DNA of 64,000 nucleotides, from the NCBI GenBank assembly GCA_964355275.1, contig CAYHCB010000001.1, positions 1,532 through 65,531 of the forward strand, given 5' to 3'. This DNA is from an uncultured Gammaproteobacteria bacterium (GTDB lineage Bacteria; Patescibacteriota; Patescibacteriia; Patescibacteriales; UBA12465). The notes under the pieces were generated by a model. It saw nothing but the letters and a program-made list of their open reading frames with translations, searched no databases and was not told where the DNA came from. The position numbers and the translations under genes were made by a program. Below are positions 17,886 through 27,371 of this stretch, one piece after another. Positions within the stretch are counted from its first letter, which is position 1; each line of letters begins with the position of its first letter.

Positions 17886-18533
17886 TTACTTGTTGCTTGT
17901 TATTTCATGCCAACTTTCATTAAATTGTTTTTTAGCTTCAGCAGATCTTTTTTCTCGCCATACTTTAGGATTTATTGTTAACCATGCCTCTGGAATACTT
18001 TTTATAAACCAAAAACCAGAACACGGATTATCAATTTCTATAATTACAAAGAGAATTAAAGAAAGTAAATAAGTGGTGCTGCCTACTAAAATAGCGCCGT
18101 AAAGTTGAGTCGGGTAATGAAGAACCATAAAGGCTAGCAATAAAGCTAATAAGAAGACTAAAACCATAGCTAGTACTAATGGGGACATTTCTTCGTCTCT
18201 TAAATTCATAAAAGTGTCAGTGTCCCATTTTTTAACAGCTAGACGCATGGCTTTGTATTCATTCCAAACGGTAGTAAGTACAATCGCCATTAACAGGGAA
18301 TAAAGAATGCCGAACATAGGAATCCAGGCGTCTATTATGATAGTTTCCATTCCATTATCTAGGTGGATGTTTTGTCTGTAAAATACAAAAATCCAAATTA
18401 AAATACTGATAATGGAGAAGATAAGCGGAATTAAGAGGACGAATATCGTTTTAATCGTTAACTCGATAGCTTTTTGCAATTTAGGCCATCTCTTTAAATA
18501 AGAATGGCTTTTTCTAAAAATATTTATAGTCAT
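17886..18533 (-). CDS. hypothetical integral membrane protein (about 4-5 TM helices)
   Basis: 215-aa ORF with several long hydrophobic segments. It has a strong SD (AAGGAGGT, 5 nt spacer) and a canonical promoter upstream. No family recognised. Confidence 0.6.
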   Translation of the reverse strand: MTINIFRKSHSYLKRWPKLQKAIELTIKTIFVLLIPLIFSIISILIWIFVFYRQNIHLDNGMETIIIDAWIPMFGILYSLLMAIVLTTVWNEYKAMRLAVKKWDTDTFMNLRDEEMSPLVLAMVLVFLLALLLAFMVLHYPTQLYGAILVGSTTYLLSLILFVIIEIDNPCSGFWFIKSIPEAWLTINPKVWREKRSAEAKKQFNESWHEITSNK

Positions 18534-18577
18534 TTTTACCTCCTTTTTTTAACTTGTTAAGAATACAATAATAATTT

Positions 18578-18606
18578 AATCTAAATTAATATTCAATTTT
18601 TGTCAA
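18578..18606 (-). promoter_or_regulatory. sigma70-type promoter for 17886-18533
   Basis: On the minus strand: TTGACA (18606-18601), a 17-nt spacer, then TAGATT (18583-18578). The -35 context is ATTGACAAAAAT, as in several other promoters here. Confidence 0.55.
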
Positions 18607-18626
18607 TAGTAAAGTTGATATTATTA

Positions 18627-18656
18627 TTGACAAAAAATGAGTATAAGTGATATATT
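18627..18656 (+). promoter_or_regulatory. sigma70-type promoter (extended -10) upstream of purA
   Basis: TTGACA (18627-18632), then TGaTATATT (18648-18656). It lies back-to-back with the divergent promoter at 18578-18606. Confidence 0.5.
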
Positions 18657-18770
18657 TTTTAATTGTGAGGCACCTTAACATCAATTTTTTAATATTTATT
18701 AGGTTATCTAAGTTTCTTAGTTTAGGCGACTGAGCTAACCCAATAAGTATTAATTAAAAAAATAGGAATC

Positions 18771-20273
18771 ATGAGAAAGCTCTTTTTAGATTTAGAAAAT
18801 GTTAAAACTATTTTCATTACTTGTCGCCAATTTGGTGACACCGGTAAAGGTAAATTCGTAGATGCTTTGGCCGATTGGGCTGATGTTATCGTTCGTGGAA
18901 CTGGTGGTGACAACGCCGGTCATACTATTTGTCACCAAGGAGAAAAATTAATTACACATATCATCCCATCAGGGATTCTCCGGGACAACATTGGTAAAAT
19001 AAATATCATTGGCAGTGGTGTCGTTCTTTATCCTAAAACTGTAATTTACGAGTTATCCGAACTTAAGAAGCGCGGTTTAAGTTATAAAAATTTACTAATA
19101 GCTTACAACGCTAAATTAATCACACCAGCCGAAATAGCTTTAGACCGAATAAGAGAAAGCACTGCTGGTAAAGGTAAAATTGGCAGCACCGGCAAGGGCA
19201 TTGCCCCGGCTTACGCTGACTTTATAGATCGTCAAGGACTTTTGGTTAATGATTTAATTAATCCAGATTTATTATTAAAAAAACTAATAAAACATTTGGC
19301 TTATAAAGAAAAAATTATCAAAAATTATCCTAAATCCTTAATCAGGGAGGTGATGTTTCAGGAGCACTTAAATTTCGGCCAGTACTTTGATGCTAAGAGA
19401 GTGTTTGACACCGAAGCAATTTTTGAACAATATTTAAAATATGGGGAAGAATTGCGGCCTTTGATTGCTGATACTGACCATTTTATTAGGCAAAACATTG
19501 GTAAGCTTAATATTTTAGGCGAAGGCGCTCAAGGTGACTTGCTGAGCATTAAATATGGCACCTATCCTTATGTGACATCTTCAGACTCCAGTGTTGCTGG
19601 CTTAGCCGAGGGAATTGGCATAACTAAAAATGATGTTGATTTATCACTCGGAATAATAAAAGGTTTTTACATGACCAGGGTTGGCAGCGGACCGTTTCCA
19701 ACAGAAATAGGTGGTAAAGCATCAGCTGACTGGTGTAATGGTGGAAAAGTAAATAAAGCAATTGAGGAGGCTCTTTATAGCGTAGCATCGGTTAATGAAG
19801 AAAGTAATGAGTTTCTTCAGGGTGTAGCGCTAAGACGTGCTGGAGATGAGTATGGGGCCACTACCGGGCGCCCTCGTCGCGTTGGTTGGCTAGATTTACC
19901 ATTACTGCGGTATGTCATGGATTTCAATCAAAATAATATAATTTTAACAAAGTTAGATGTTTTAAACGATGTTAAAGTTATCAAAATTTGTGAGAAATAT
20001 ATCTATCAGGGGCCACCAGTTATTTATGCTGGGCAATCCATTGATACGGGTGACTTTTTAAGAAACGCTATCCCAGCAGCCGAGATTCTGGAATTTTGTA
20101 AGCCAGTTTACGTCTCTTTTCCAGGCTGGTTGCAAGACTTAAGCAAATGTTCAGATTTTGCTAGTTTGCCCAAGCAGCTAAAGGATATCCTGGAGTTTAT
20201 CGTTAGTGAAACTGGTATAACTCCGAAAGTAATTTCAATTGGCGCTGATCGAAACGAAACAATCTATTTATAA
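18771..20273 (+). CDS. purA: adenylosuccinate synthase
   Basis: 500 aa. P-loop QFGDTGKGKFVD, then GGDNAGHT, GSTGKGI(A)PAY, and YGATTGRPRRVGWLD. It is longer than typical (about 430 aa) because of an insertion before the GRPRR block. Confidence 0.9.
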   Translation: MRKLFLDLENVKTIFITCRQFGDTGKGKFVDALADWADVIVRGTGGDNAGHTICHQGEKLITHIIPSGILRDNIGKINIIGSGVVLYPKTVIYELSELKKRGLSYKNLLIAYNAKLITPAEIALDRIRESTAGKGKIGSTGKGIAPAYADFIDRQGLLVNDLINPDLLLKKLIKHLAYKEKIIKNYPKSLIREVMFQEHLNFGQYFDAKRVFDTEAIFEQYLKYGEELRPLIADTDHFIRQNIGKLNILGEGAQGDLLSIKYGTYPYVTSSDSSVAGLAEGIGITKNDVDLSLGIIKGFYMTRVGSGPFPTEIGGKASADWCNGGKVNKAIEEALYSVASVNEESNEFLQGVALRRAGDEYGATTGRPRRVGWLDLPLLRYVMDFNQNNIILTKLDVLNDVKVIKICEKYIYQGPPVIYAGQSIDTGDFLRNAIPAAEILEFCKPVYVSFPGWLQDLSKCSDFASLPKQLKDILEFIVSETGITPKVISIGADRNETIYL

Positions 20274-20286
20274 ACTTAGAGTTTGC

Positions 20287-20317
20287 ACCGCCGATAACCA
20301 ATATCGGCGGTTTTTTT
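20287..20317 (+). terminator. rho-independent terminator of purA
   Basis: 10-bp stem accgccgata (20287-20296) / tatcggcggt (20302-20311) followed by a T7 run. Confidence 0.8.
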
Positions 20318-20320
20318 ATA

Positions 20321-20348
20321 TAAAAAAGCTATCCTTGTTGGGATAGCT
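20321..20348 (-). terminator. rho-independent terminator of the beta-CASP hydrolase gene
   Basis: Stem agctatcc (20327-20334) / ggatagct (20341-20348). On the minus strand it is followed by T6 (the plus-strand A6 at 20322-20327). Confidence 0.65.
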
Positions 20349-20373
20349 CTTTAACACGAAAATTTATTTAAAC

Positions 20374-21915
20374 TTATTGGATAATCTCTTCATCATTATT
20401 CTTTGGGATTTTAATCACAAAATTTTTGATAGAAAGATTATTCTCTAAATCAGTTTTTAAATTTTTAGCACTTTCTCCTTCACCATGAACAATAAATATA
20501 TTTTTTGGCGAATCAGAGTTTAGAAGAACAGCTTTGGCATAGTCAACTAAGAATGGGCCATCGGCGTGAGCTGAGAAACTATCAAAACTAATAATTTTAG
20601 CCTGAACATCAATTTCTTGATTATTCATTTTGATAGGCAGATGGTTTTTTAATCGACCGCCTAAACTATTTTCCGACATGTAACCAACCAGGCAAACGGT
20701 AGTATTTGTTTTACCTAAATTAGCTCTTAAATGTCCTCTAACTCGTCCAGCGTCACACATACCTGATCCAGCAATAACAATGTAGCTACCAGTCTTAGCA
20801 ATCAGAGCGTCTGATTCCTTTGATTCTGTAACAATCTTGAAATAAGGATTTTCATCAGGATTAAAAGGATTAAACTTAAGATTACTTTGATCAGCGAACA
20901 TGCCAGCAGTCCAACCTTCGGAAAAAATTACGGTTATCTTGCCCCCTAAAGGAGAATCTAAATATATGGGAACTACAGGAATTTTTTTCTGTTCCATATA
21001 ATAAGATAACAAATAAATTATTTCTTGAGTTCTCTCTAAAGCAAAAGAGGGGATTATCATGCGCTGATTTTTCTGAAAGCTCGTATTAACCAAACTAAGT
21101 AATTCTTCAATTTCTTTATCTCTGGCAGGATGTGTTTTTCCACCATAAGTAGATTCTAAAACTAAATAATCAATTGGCTCGGTAACTAATTCTGGCGGTG
21201 GTAAAATTATACCATCCCTTCTTCCTAAATCACCGCTGTAGCACAGATAAACATCTTTAGGACTAGTATTTATCCTAATAACAACTATCGCGCCACCCAT
21301 AACGTGCCCCGAAGGATAAAATTTTAGGCTTATGTTGTGAGACAATCTAATCCATTCGTGATATTCATAACCGTTATTCTTAACAAGTTCTTTAGCGGCC
21401 AAAGCATCACTAGTATCATATAATGGAACACAGCAATTTTTAGTTTTTTGATCGTAATTTTTTTGTTTAGCCTTATCATATTTGCCTAAAGCTAAAGAGC
21501 TACGTGAATCATTGTTTTTGCAATCTGGAGCTTTTTTAGCTTTGGCGGCTTTAGCGTTAAAGTAACTAGCTTCGGCCATTTGGATTTTAGCACTGTCTTC
21601 CAACATAACGCCGAGCAAACTATCGGTTGCTTTAGTACAAATCACGCGCCCACTGAAACCATTTTTCACAAATAACGGTAAACGACCAATGTGATCAATG
21701 TGAGAGTGGGTTAAAATTATATAATCTAAATCCTTTGGCTTTAAAGAGTTCAGTATTTCCTTATTTTTTTCTAAAGAATCTTTAAAACCGCACTGAATTA
21801 AGCCAATATCGATTAAAATACTGGTACTTTTTTTTCCTTCTTTAACAGTCAGAAGAGAACACGAGCCAGTTATATCACCCGCTAGACCACCCAAAAATTG
21901 CATTTTTGCCTTCAT
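20374..21915 (-). CDS. MBL-fold metallo-hydrolase of the beta-CASP family (RNase J / CPSF-like RNA-metabolising nuclease)
   Basis: 513 aa. It has the metallo-beta-lactamase motif LTHSHIDHIGRLP and downstream beta-CASP-like blocks (ESTYGG, SGMCDAGR, SAHAD). A strong SD AAGGAGG precedes the start. Confidence 0.8.
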   Translation of the reverse strand: MKAKMQFLGGLAGDITGSCSLLTVKEGKKSTSILIDIGLIQCGFKDSLEKNKEILNSLKPKDLDYIILTHSHIDHIGRLPLFVKNGFSGRVICTKATDSLLGVMLEDSAKIQMAEASYFNAKAAKAKKAPDCKNNDSRSSLALGKYDKAKQKNYDQKTKNCCVPLYDTSDALAAKELVKNNGYEYHEWIRLSHNISLKFYPSGHVMGGAIVVIRINTSPKDVYLCYSGDLGRRDGIILPPPELVTEPIDYLVLESTYGGKTHPARDKEIEELLSLVNTSFQKNQRMIIPSFALERTQEIIYLLSYYMEQKKIPVVPIYLDSPLGGKITVIFSEGWTAGMFADQSNLKFNPFNPDENPYFKIVTESKESDALIAKTGSYIVIAGSGMCDAGRVRGHLRANLGKTNTTVCLVGYMSENSLGGRLKNHLPIKMNNQEIDVQAKIISFDSFSAHADGPFLVDYAKAVLLNSDSPKNIFIVHGEGESAKNLKTDLENNLSIKNFVIKIPKNNDEEIIQ

Positions 21916-22035
21916 TTTTCCTCCTTTTTTGTATAGGTTATTTTAATGTTCGAAGATACCTTAATTATTATCCAAATGAAGACTTAGCACAAGTTGATAA
22001 CTTAATAAATTAAATAAAATATTTAAGTTAATAGA

Positions 22036-22064
22036 TTGACAAAAATATAATCCATTGTTATAAT
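22036..22064 (+). promoter_or_regulatory. consensus sigma70 promoter for 22118-23035
   Basis: TTGACA (22036-22041), a 17-nt spacer, then TATAAT (22059-22064). Confidence 0.65.
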
Positions 22065-22117
22065 TTTTTAACAAAAATAGTAAATTAACAAATAATTTAA
22101 ACAAAAAAGGAGGAAAG

Positions 22118-22672
22118 ATGAGTAACAATTTAATTACCGTAAACGAAAATTTTACTGTGCCCGCTGGAGAATTAAAATTACAAAAGTATCTAGCCGGTAG
22201 TACTTTAGGTAATGCTGAAAAAGAAGAGGCCGCAGTTAGGCTGCTTATTTTTTCACAAGAAAAAAAAGAATACGTGGGGGTTCCTTGGGGTAAGGTGGCC
22301 AGTGAGTGGTTTAATGAAGCACGGGAGTATACTAAACAAGCCGAGTTATATTCCGCTAAGTATAATGAATTTCAGAATCAGCTGCTTATCTTTTATAAAA
22401 AAAATAAAGATTATGAAAATTTAGCCTGGAAAACATTAGGATTATCTTTACTATTTATTAAGAAACCAACAGTTCCCGTTTTCGACACCCCCCTGGTGCC
22501 TAAAAAAGATTCCCATAGCATAACGCTTGAACTTGGTTTAGGTGATCCGCAAAAACTTATTGATGCCTTTTTAGATTTAATAGAAGAGGGTTTAATAAAA
22601 ACTGAAATATTAAACGATACTGATTACTTTTTTCCAACGCCCATACTGGTTAGTAAAATAACTGGCCGGTAA
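22118..22672 (+). CDS. hypothetical protein
   Basis: 184-aa ORF with a consensus promoter and a GGAGG SD at 22109-22113. No recognisable motif. Confidence 0.6.
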   Translation: MSNNLITVNENFTVPAGELKLQKYLAGSTLGNAEKEEAAVRLLIFSQEKKEYVGVPWGKVASEWFNEAREYTKQAELYSAKYNEFQNQLLIFYKKNKDYENLAWKTLGLSLLFIKKPTVPVFDTPLVPKKDSHSITLELGLGDPQKLIDAFLDLIEEGLIKTEILNDTDYFFPTPILVSKITGR

Positions 22673-22690
22673 ATTAATCTGCCCTTAAAA

Positions 22691-23035
22691 ATGGAAAACA
22701 TAATCATTCTATCTAAAAATCCAAATTTTTACACAAAATATCTTTTGTGCCAAAATTTAAAAGGGGTTTACTACGTTATCGCTGATTTCGAGTGTGAAGA
22801 GCATAAAGACATCTATGATAAATATTTACTTCAAAAACGCCAAGTTAAGGGTGGTGGGATGATTGCTCTTAAATCACCGCCACTAGGCAGAAATATTGAG
22901 TTTTATGGTAGAAGTCTGAAATTTGGTGACGTTGATAACCGTTTAGCAGCTGAAATAGCTACTAATGATGTACTTTGTTTTATAAGGCAAAATTGGAAAG
23001 AATGTTATTCTAACTGTTTGGTGGTAGCTAGATAA
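22691..23035 (+). CDS. hypothetical protein
   Basis: 114-aa ORF starting 18 nt after the previous gene and followed by a terminator. No recognisable motif. Confidence 0.55.
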   Translation: MENIIILSKNPNFYTKYLLCQNLKGVYYVIADFECEEHKDIYDKYLLQKRQVKGGGMIALKSPPLGRNIEFYGRSLKFGDVDNRLAAEIATNDVLCFIRQNWKECYSNCLVVAR

Positions 23036-23051
23036 ATAGAGATTGAATTAA

Positions 23052-23080
23052 GGGTGCTGCAAAATGTAGCATCCTTTTTT
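23052..23080 (+). terminator. rho-independent terminator
   Basis: 10-bp stem at 23052-23061 / 23065-23074 (two G-U pairs, 3-nt loop) followed by a T6 run at 23075-23080. Confidence 0.65.
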
Positions 23081-23104
23081 ATTTATCATTTAATAATAAA
23101 TCTA

Positions 23105-23133
23105 TTGACTAATTAAGTCGCCAAAGCTAACAT
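23105..23133 (+). promoter_or_regulatory. candidate sigma70 promoter for 23216-24337
   Basis: TTGACT (23105-23110), a 17-nt spacer, then TAACAT (23128-23133). The -10 is weaker than in the other promoters. Confidence 0.35.
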
Positions 23134-23215
23134 TTAACTATAGTTTCCTTTTAAAAAATACTAAAGGAGCTATATAAAATACAGTTAATTAACAATAAAA
23201 AAAATAGGAGGAAAA

Positions 23216-24337
23216 ATGAAAACACCAAAAAATATTAATAATGCCAAATTATTAATTAGCAATAAAATCTTATCTTTTCCACTTTTTTTAGGACCAATGG
23301 GGGTCGGCGTTTCTTTAAGTAGATTGGTCGCCGCCGTTGCCAATGAAGGTTGTGCGGGAATTCTTTCCGTAGTCTGTTTAAAAGAGATTTGGTCACAAAG
23401 ATTAAATTATAAAGTTTCAACTTACCAAGCCGTCTGCTTTGAAATTGCTACCGCTAGATTACTTAGCCCAAAGGGAGTTATCGGCATAAATGTTATGGTC
23501 GCAGTACAGCAAGATTACTCTGATTCAATTACAGCGGCCGTTGATATGAAGATAGATTTTATTAGCATCGGCGCTGGATTAATTGGAAATTTACCAACTA
23601 TTGATCACCCTCATCAAACAGCAATTGCTGTTATCGTTTCTTCTGCTAAAGCAGCTAATATTGTACTCTACCGCTTTCTAAAAAATAACTGGAATGAGAT
23701 GGGTTATAATCTAGCCGCTTTTATTGTAGAAGGGCCTCTAGCTGGTGGACATTTGGGATTTACTATTGACCAAGTAGCCAAAGAAGAATTTAGTCTGGAG
23801 AATATTTTACCAGAAGTTAAAAAAATTGCTATGGAAAACGGTAATATACCAGTGATCGCTGCTGGCGGTATTTATACTCGGCACGACATTTTAAAGATTA
23901 CGGCTTTAGGCGCTGATGGCGTCCAAATGGCAACTCGTTTTTTAGTGACCGAGGAATCTGACGCTAGCTACGAATATAAAATGTCAGTTATTAAGACTAT
24001 TAAACCAGAAGACATTATTGTCTCACCAGGGTCACCCTGTGGCCTACCATTTAGGGTTCTACTAAATTCACCAATGTACCAAACTCATCTTAAAGCTGGT
24101 CGTAAGGCCCGCTGCGATAAAGGTTATCTCCTTCGAAAAGACGCTAGTGGCAATTTTTCAATTTGCGGCGCTAAAACAGATAATCAAAATTTCTTTTGTA
24201 TCTGTAATGGTTTGCTTTCATCAGCCGGTTATAACCCCAAAGAAGAACCGCTTTACACGGCCGGAGCTAACGCTTACAGGGTAACTGAAATAAGCACAGT
24301 TAAACAAATTATTAACGAGTTAAAAGGTTTTACTTAA
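23216..24337 (+). CDS. nitronate monooxygenase / NPD-family FMN-dependent oxidoreductase (FabK-like TIM barrel)
   Basis: 373 aa. FPLFLGPMGVGVS, EGPLAGGHLGF, VIAAGGIYTRHDI and GADGVQMATRFL are typical NMO/2-nitropropane dioxygenase blocks. A strong SD AGGAGG precedes the start. Confidence 0.75.
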   Translation: MKTPKNINNAKLLISNKILSFPLFLGPMGVGVSLSRLVAAVANEGCAGILSVVCLKEIWSQRLNYKVSTYQAVCFEIATARLLSPKGVIGINVMVAVQQDYSDSITAAVDMKIDFISIGAGLIGNLPTIDHPHQTAIAVIVSSAKAANIVLYRFLKNNWNEMGYNLAAFIVEGPLAGGHLGFTIDQVAKEEFSLENILPEVKKIAMENGNIPVIAAGGIYTRHDILKITALGADGVQMATRFLVTEESDASYEYKMSVIKTIKPEDIIVSPGSPCGLPFRVLLNSPMYQTHLKAGRKARCDKGYLLRKDASGNFSICGAKTDNQNFFCICNGLLSSAGYNPKEEPLYTAGANAYRVTEISTVKQIINELKGFT

Positions 24338-24350
24338 AGTAAAACTAAAA

Positions 24351-24389
24351 ACGGATTAGACTAACATAAGTTAATTTAATCCGTTTTTT
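24351..24389. terminator. bidirectional terminator between convergent genes
   Basis: Stem acggatta (24351-24358) / taatccgt (24377-24384), with A5 upstream and T6 downstream. Confidence 0.6.
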
Positions 24390-24403
24390 AATATTTTTTT
24401 ATT

Positions 24404-25447
24404 TTATCGCCAAACAACAATCACATCTTTTTCTATTTTTTCAATTAAAGCATGACTTCCTGTGGGGTAAGCACGAATAGCTGTAAATAATACATCGACA
24501 TTATATTTATAAAGTTCACCGCGTCTGGTGCCCGGATCATTGGTAATAAATACCTGTTTTACGGGATCGTAACCACGAATTACTAGCACATGATTAATCG
24601 GTCCTGGTTGAGTATAATACGGATTACCAAGAAGTTGACCATTCATGGGCGCAATTATTACATTACCTTTATTTAATTGGGTAATTATTTCACTAATGGA
24701 AACATTTTTTAAAACCGCTGCTTTTTGGTAATTAAAATAATCCTTAATTATCCAATTTAAAGTGTCAGGCACTGAAACATCTCGATATTCTTTATATTTT
24801 TTAAGAATATAATCTGAAGCACCAAGGATATCTTTTAAAGCTTCATCAGGAGTTAATGTTTCGTTATTTGCCCATTTTACAGCCATAAGAGCCGAGGCTT
24901 CTTCGCAGCCATCTTCCTGGCGCAAATCACTCCATTTCCCCAAAGGGGCCTGAGAAGTAAATGGGACATTTTGTAATACTTCTTCTGCTTTACTAACTAC
25001 TTGCGGTGTATTAGAAATTTGACTAACCGGAATATTAATTAAATCAGCGTTAGAAATCCCTTGCCCCAGTTGACTCATTATTCTAAAAGCATCAGCCGGT
25101 CGACCTAAATAGTATTTTTTTCCATTTTGAGGATATATATAATAAGCCTCACCATTTTTCTCCACATCTAAAAGTATTAGGCCTCTTAAGCGAGCCGGAA
25201 AAATATCGTTATTAATAATATAATCATGCTTAGCCCCTAATGCCAATTTTTTCATAACAGAAAAGGCGTCAGCTGGTCTTCCTAGATAATATCTACTACC
25301 TGAAGTGGGGAAGAAATACCAAGCCTCGCCATTTTTTTCTACTTGAAGAAGTATATAACCTAATTTTTCTTCACTAAATTCGGCTCCAAGAGTAATAAAT
25401 GGTATTAACAATAATAACAAAAATACTTTAAGAAATTTATTTTTCAT
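24404..25447 (-). CDS. secreted peptidase C39-like domain protein with two N-terminal about 55-aa repeats
   Basis: The signal peptide is MKNKFLKVFLLLLLIPFITLGA. I prefer the ATG at 25447; the ORF-track start is 25465. The block EKNGEAWYF.P..G.RYYLGRPADAF..M..L occurs twice. The C-terminus has a C39_2-like core (SQAPLGKW ... DGCEEASALMAVKW ... HVLVIRGYD). Confidence 0.65.
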   Translation of the reverse strand: MKNKFLKVFLLLLLIPFITLGAEFSEEKLGYILLQVEKNGEAWYFFPTSGSRYYLGRPADAFSVMKKLALGAKHDYIINNDIFPARLRGLILLDVEKNGEAYYIYPQNGKKYYLGRPADAFRIMSQLGQGISNADLINIPVSQISNTPQVVSKAEEVLQNVPFTSQAPLGKWSDLRQEDGCEEASALMAVKWANNETLTPDEALKDILGASDYILKKYKEYRDVSVPDTLNWIIKDYFNYQKAAVLKNVSISEIITQLNKGNVIIAPMNGQLLGNPYYTQPGPINHVLVIRGYDPVKQVFITNDPGTRRGELYKYNVDVLFTAIRAYPTGSHALIEKIEKDVIVVWR

Positions 25448-25539
25448 ATTAATATTATACACCAATTTTTATTTAAGAAATACTTTATTTTTTATAATAA
25501 TTGCTTTATAATTATATGGTAATTAAATAATAAAAAAAT

Positions 25540-25956
25540 ATGCCAATAATTCCTTGGGAAGAGGGGTTCGCTCTAGGTATTAACGAAATTGACGAGCAAC
25601 ATAAAAAAATGCTTGCCATTATTAATAAATTATACGACGTCTTTGAAAGTAAGAAATATACAGATCAGTTTGAGATAGAAAGCATTATTCGTGAAATGAC
25701 TGAATATGCTATTTATCACTTTAAAACTGAAGAAAAATATTTAAATGAGTTTGGTTACGAAAAAACAGAGGAACATATTGGAATTCATAACCTTTATAGA
25801 GCTAAAATAGAAGAATGGCATAAACGTTATAACGAAAATAAAGATACCGCGGTATTTTTTGAAATCACCAATTTTTTGCATGATTGGTGGATTTGGCACA
25901 TAAATAATACAGACCGCGCTTACGTACCATTTTTAAAAGCCAATGGTTTGGATTAA
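25540..25956 (+). CDS. hemerythrin-like (bacteriohemerythrin) metal-binding protein
   Basis: 138 aa. It has WEEGFALGINEIDEQHKKM plus downstream His/Glu ligand helices (YHFKTEE, EHIGIH, HDWWIWHI). Confidence 0.85.
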   Translation: MPIIPWEEGFALGINEIDEQHKKMLAIINKLYDVFESKKYTDQFEIESIIREMTEYAIYHFKTEEKYLNEFGYEKTEEHIGIHNLYRAKIEEWHKRYNENKDTAVFFEITNFLHDWWIWHINNTDRAYVPFLKANGLD

Positions 25957-25980
25957 ATTATAATAAAAAACCTAATTTAT

Positions 25981-26010
25981 TTGACAAAAATATAGTTATT
26001 ATGCTATATT
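25981..26010 (+). promoter_or_regulatory. sigma70 promoter (extended -10) for Cys-repeat gene 1
   Basis: TTGACA (25981-25986), then TGcTATATT (26002-26010). Confidence 0.6.
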
Positions 26011-26054
26011 TTTTTATTACTTTAACAATTTAATAAACTAAAAGGAGAAAGAAA

Positions 26055-27227
26055 ATGAGAAAAGAACTAGCGATGATGATTATCGCGCAACTAAAATCAG
26101 TAGAAAAAATAATACCCTTTTTTGAAAAAACTAAATACGATATTGATGTTTGCGAACTTGGAATGTCATTTACATCATCCGAGGAACAGGTAAGAGATAT
26201 TATGGAGAAAACTGGTTACAATAAAAATGTTTGCCAGGCCGGTATTTCATTTCTTAGCTCAGAAATTGAAATAATGAAAATAATGAAAATAACTGGTTAT
26301 AACTGGAGCGTTTGTCAGGCTGGCATTAATCATATTAGCTCCGAAGAAGGTTTATTACTCGTTATGAAAAAAACTGGCTACAGTTGGCAAATGTGCCAAG
26401 TGGCTATTCCACTCCTTAAACTAGCAGAAAAAACGGAGGAGCAATTAATGAATTTAATGCGAAAAACTAATTATAACGTCTATGTTTGCCGAGAAGGCAT
26501 AACATTACTTAAATTAGAAAATCACGTTATTTCAATAATGGAAAAAACCAACTACAATAACGATGTTTGTCAGGCTGGTATTTCGCTTCTTAAATCGGAA
26601 GAGCACATAATGCTTATTATGAAAAAAACGAAGTATAGTTGGCACACTTGTCAGTCAGGAATTAACCTTCTTAAATTAGAGGAAAAAACTGAGGAACAAA
26701 TATTGAATATTGTTGAAAAAACTCATTATGATTGGCGAATCTGTAAACAGGGTATTTCTTTTTTACAATCAGAAGAGCATGTGTTATTTGTGATTAAAAA
26801 AACTAATTACAACAGTGATGTTTGCCAGGCCGGTATTCCATTACTTAAATTTAGCGAAAAGTCTGAAAGTCAGATTATTGCTATCTTAGAGCAAACTGAT
26901 TACAACAGAGATTTTTGTAATGCCGGGGTTCCCAGTTTGCAATTAAATGTTAAAAGTGAGAAGAATCTTTTAACTTTAATGGAATTAACTAGCTATAATA
27001 GTAATGTTTGTCGGTTCGCTATTTTATTTTTAAAATCCGAAAATAACATTTTAGAAATAATGAAAAAAACTGGCTATAATACTGATGTTTGCCAGGCCGG
27101 TATTCCATTACTTAAATTTAGTGAAAAGGGGCGTGATGAAATTTTAGCTATTATGTTAAAAACTGAATATAACGGCGACATTGCTCAAGCTGGAGTGTCA
27201 GTATTAAACGAGTTAGGTGAAAGCTAA
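26055..27227 (+). CDS. Cys-repeat protein 1: 13 tandem helical repeats of exactly 27 or 31 aa, family not recognised
   Basis: 390 aa. The repeat consensus is KT.Y..(D)VCQAGI..LK(S)EE.I..IM, with Cys at repeat position 9 in 12 of 13 units. There is no signal peptide. It has an SD AAGGAG, a promoter and a terminator. Confidence 0.8.
   Translation: MRKELAMMIIAQLKSVEKIIPFFEKTKYDIDVCELGMSFTSSEEQVRDIMEKTGYNKNVCQAGISFLSSEIEIMKIMKITGYNWSVCQAGINHISSEEGLLLVMKKTGYSWQMCQVAIPLLKLAEKTEEQLMNLMRKTNYNVYVCREGITLLKLENHVISIMEKTNYNNDVCQAGISLLKSEEHIMLIMKKTKYSWHTCQSGINLLKLEEKTEEQILNIVEKTHYDWRICKQGISFLQSEEHVLFVIKKTNYNSDVCQAGIPLLKFSEKSESQIIAILEQTDYNRDFCNAGVPSLQLNVKSEKNLLTLMELTSYNSNVCRFAILFLKSENNILEIMKKTGYNTDVCQAGIPLLKFSEKGRDEILAIMLKTEYNGDIAQAGVSVLNELGES
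26127..27224 (+). repeat. in-frame tandem coding repeats (81- or 93-nt period) in Cys-repeat gene 1
   Basis: The units are 27 aa (x7), 31 aa (x5) and a 22-aa terminal unit. Near-identical DNA of about 45 nt occurs at about 26817-26862 and 27084-27129 (gatgtttgccaggccggtattccattacttaaatttag). Confidence 0.85.
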
Positions 27228-27245
27228 ATAATTTTGTAAAGCAGG

Positions 27246-27280
27246 AAGAGTTAGGACCTAAAGTTCTAACTCTTTTTTTT
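27246..27280 (+). terminator. rho-independent terminator of Cys-repeat gene 1
   Basis: Stem aagagttag (27246-27254) / ctaactctt (27266-27274) followed by a T-run to 27280. Confidence 0.75.
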
Positions 27281-27371
27281 ATTAAAAAATGAATTGGTCA
27301 CCTAAATATTTATTTGTTATAATAAAAATAATACCCAATTTAAATTAAAAGGGGGATAATTTTTAATTTTT

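Noticed and set aside
21916-22035. Promoter for the beta-CASP hydrolase gene (minus strand)
   Set aside because: A strong SD is present, but I found no -35/-10 pair with acceptable spacing (TTATCA ... GATAAT are 21-22 nt apart). It was left unannotated.
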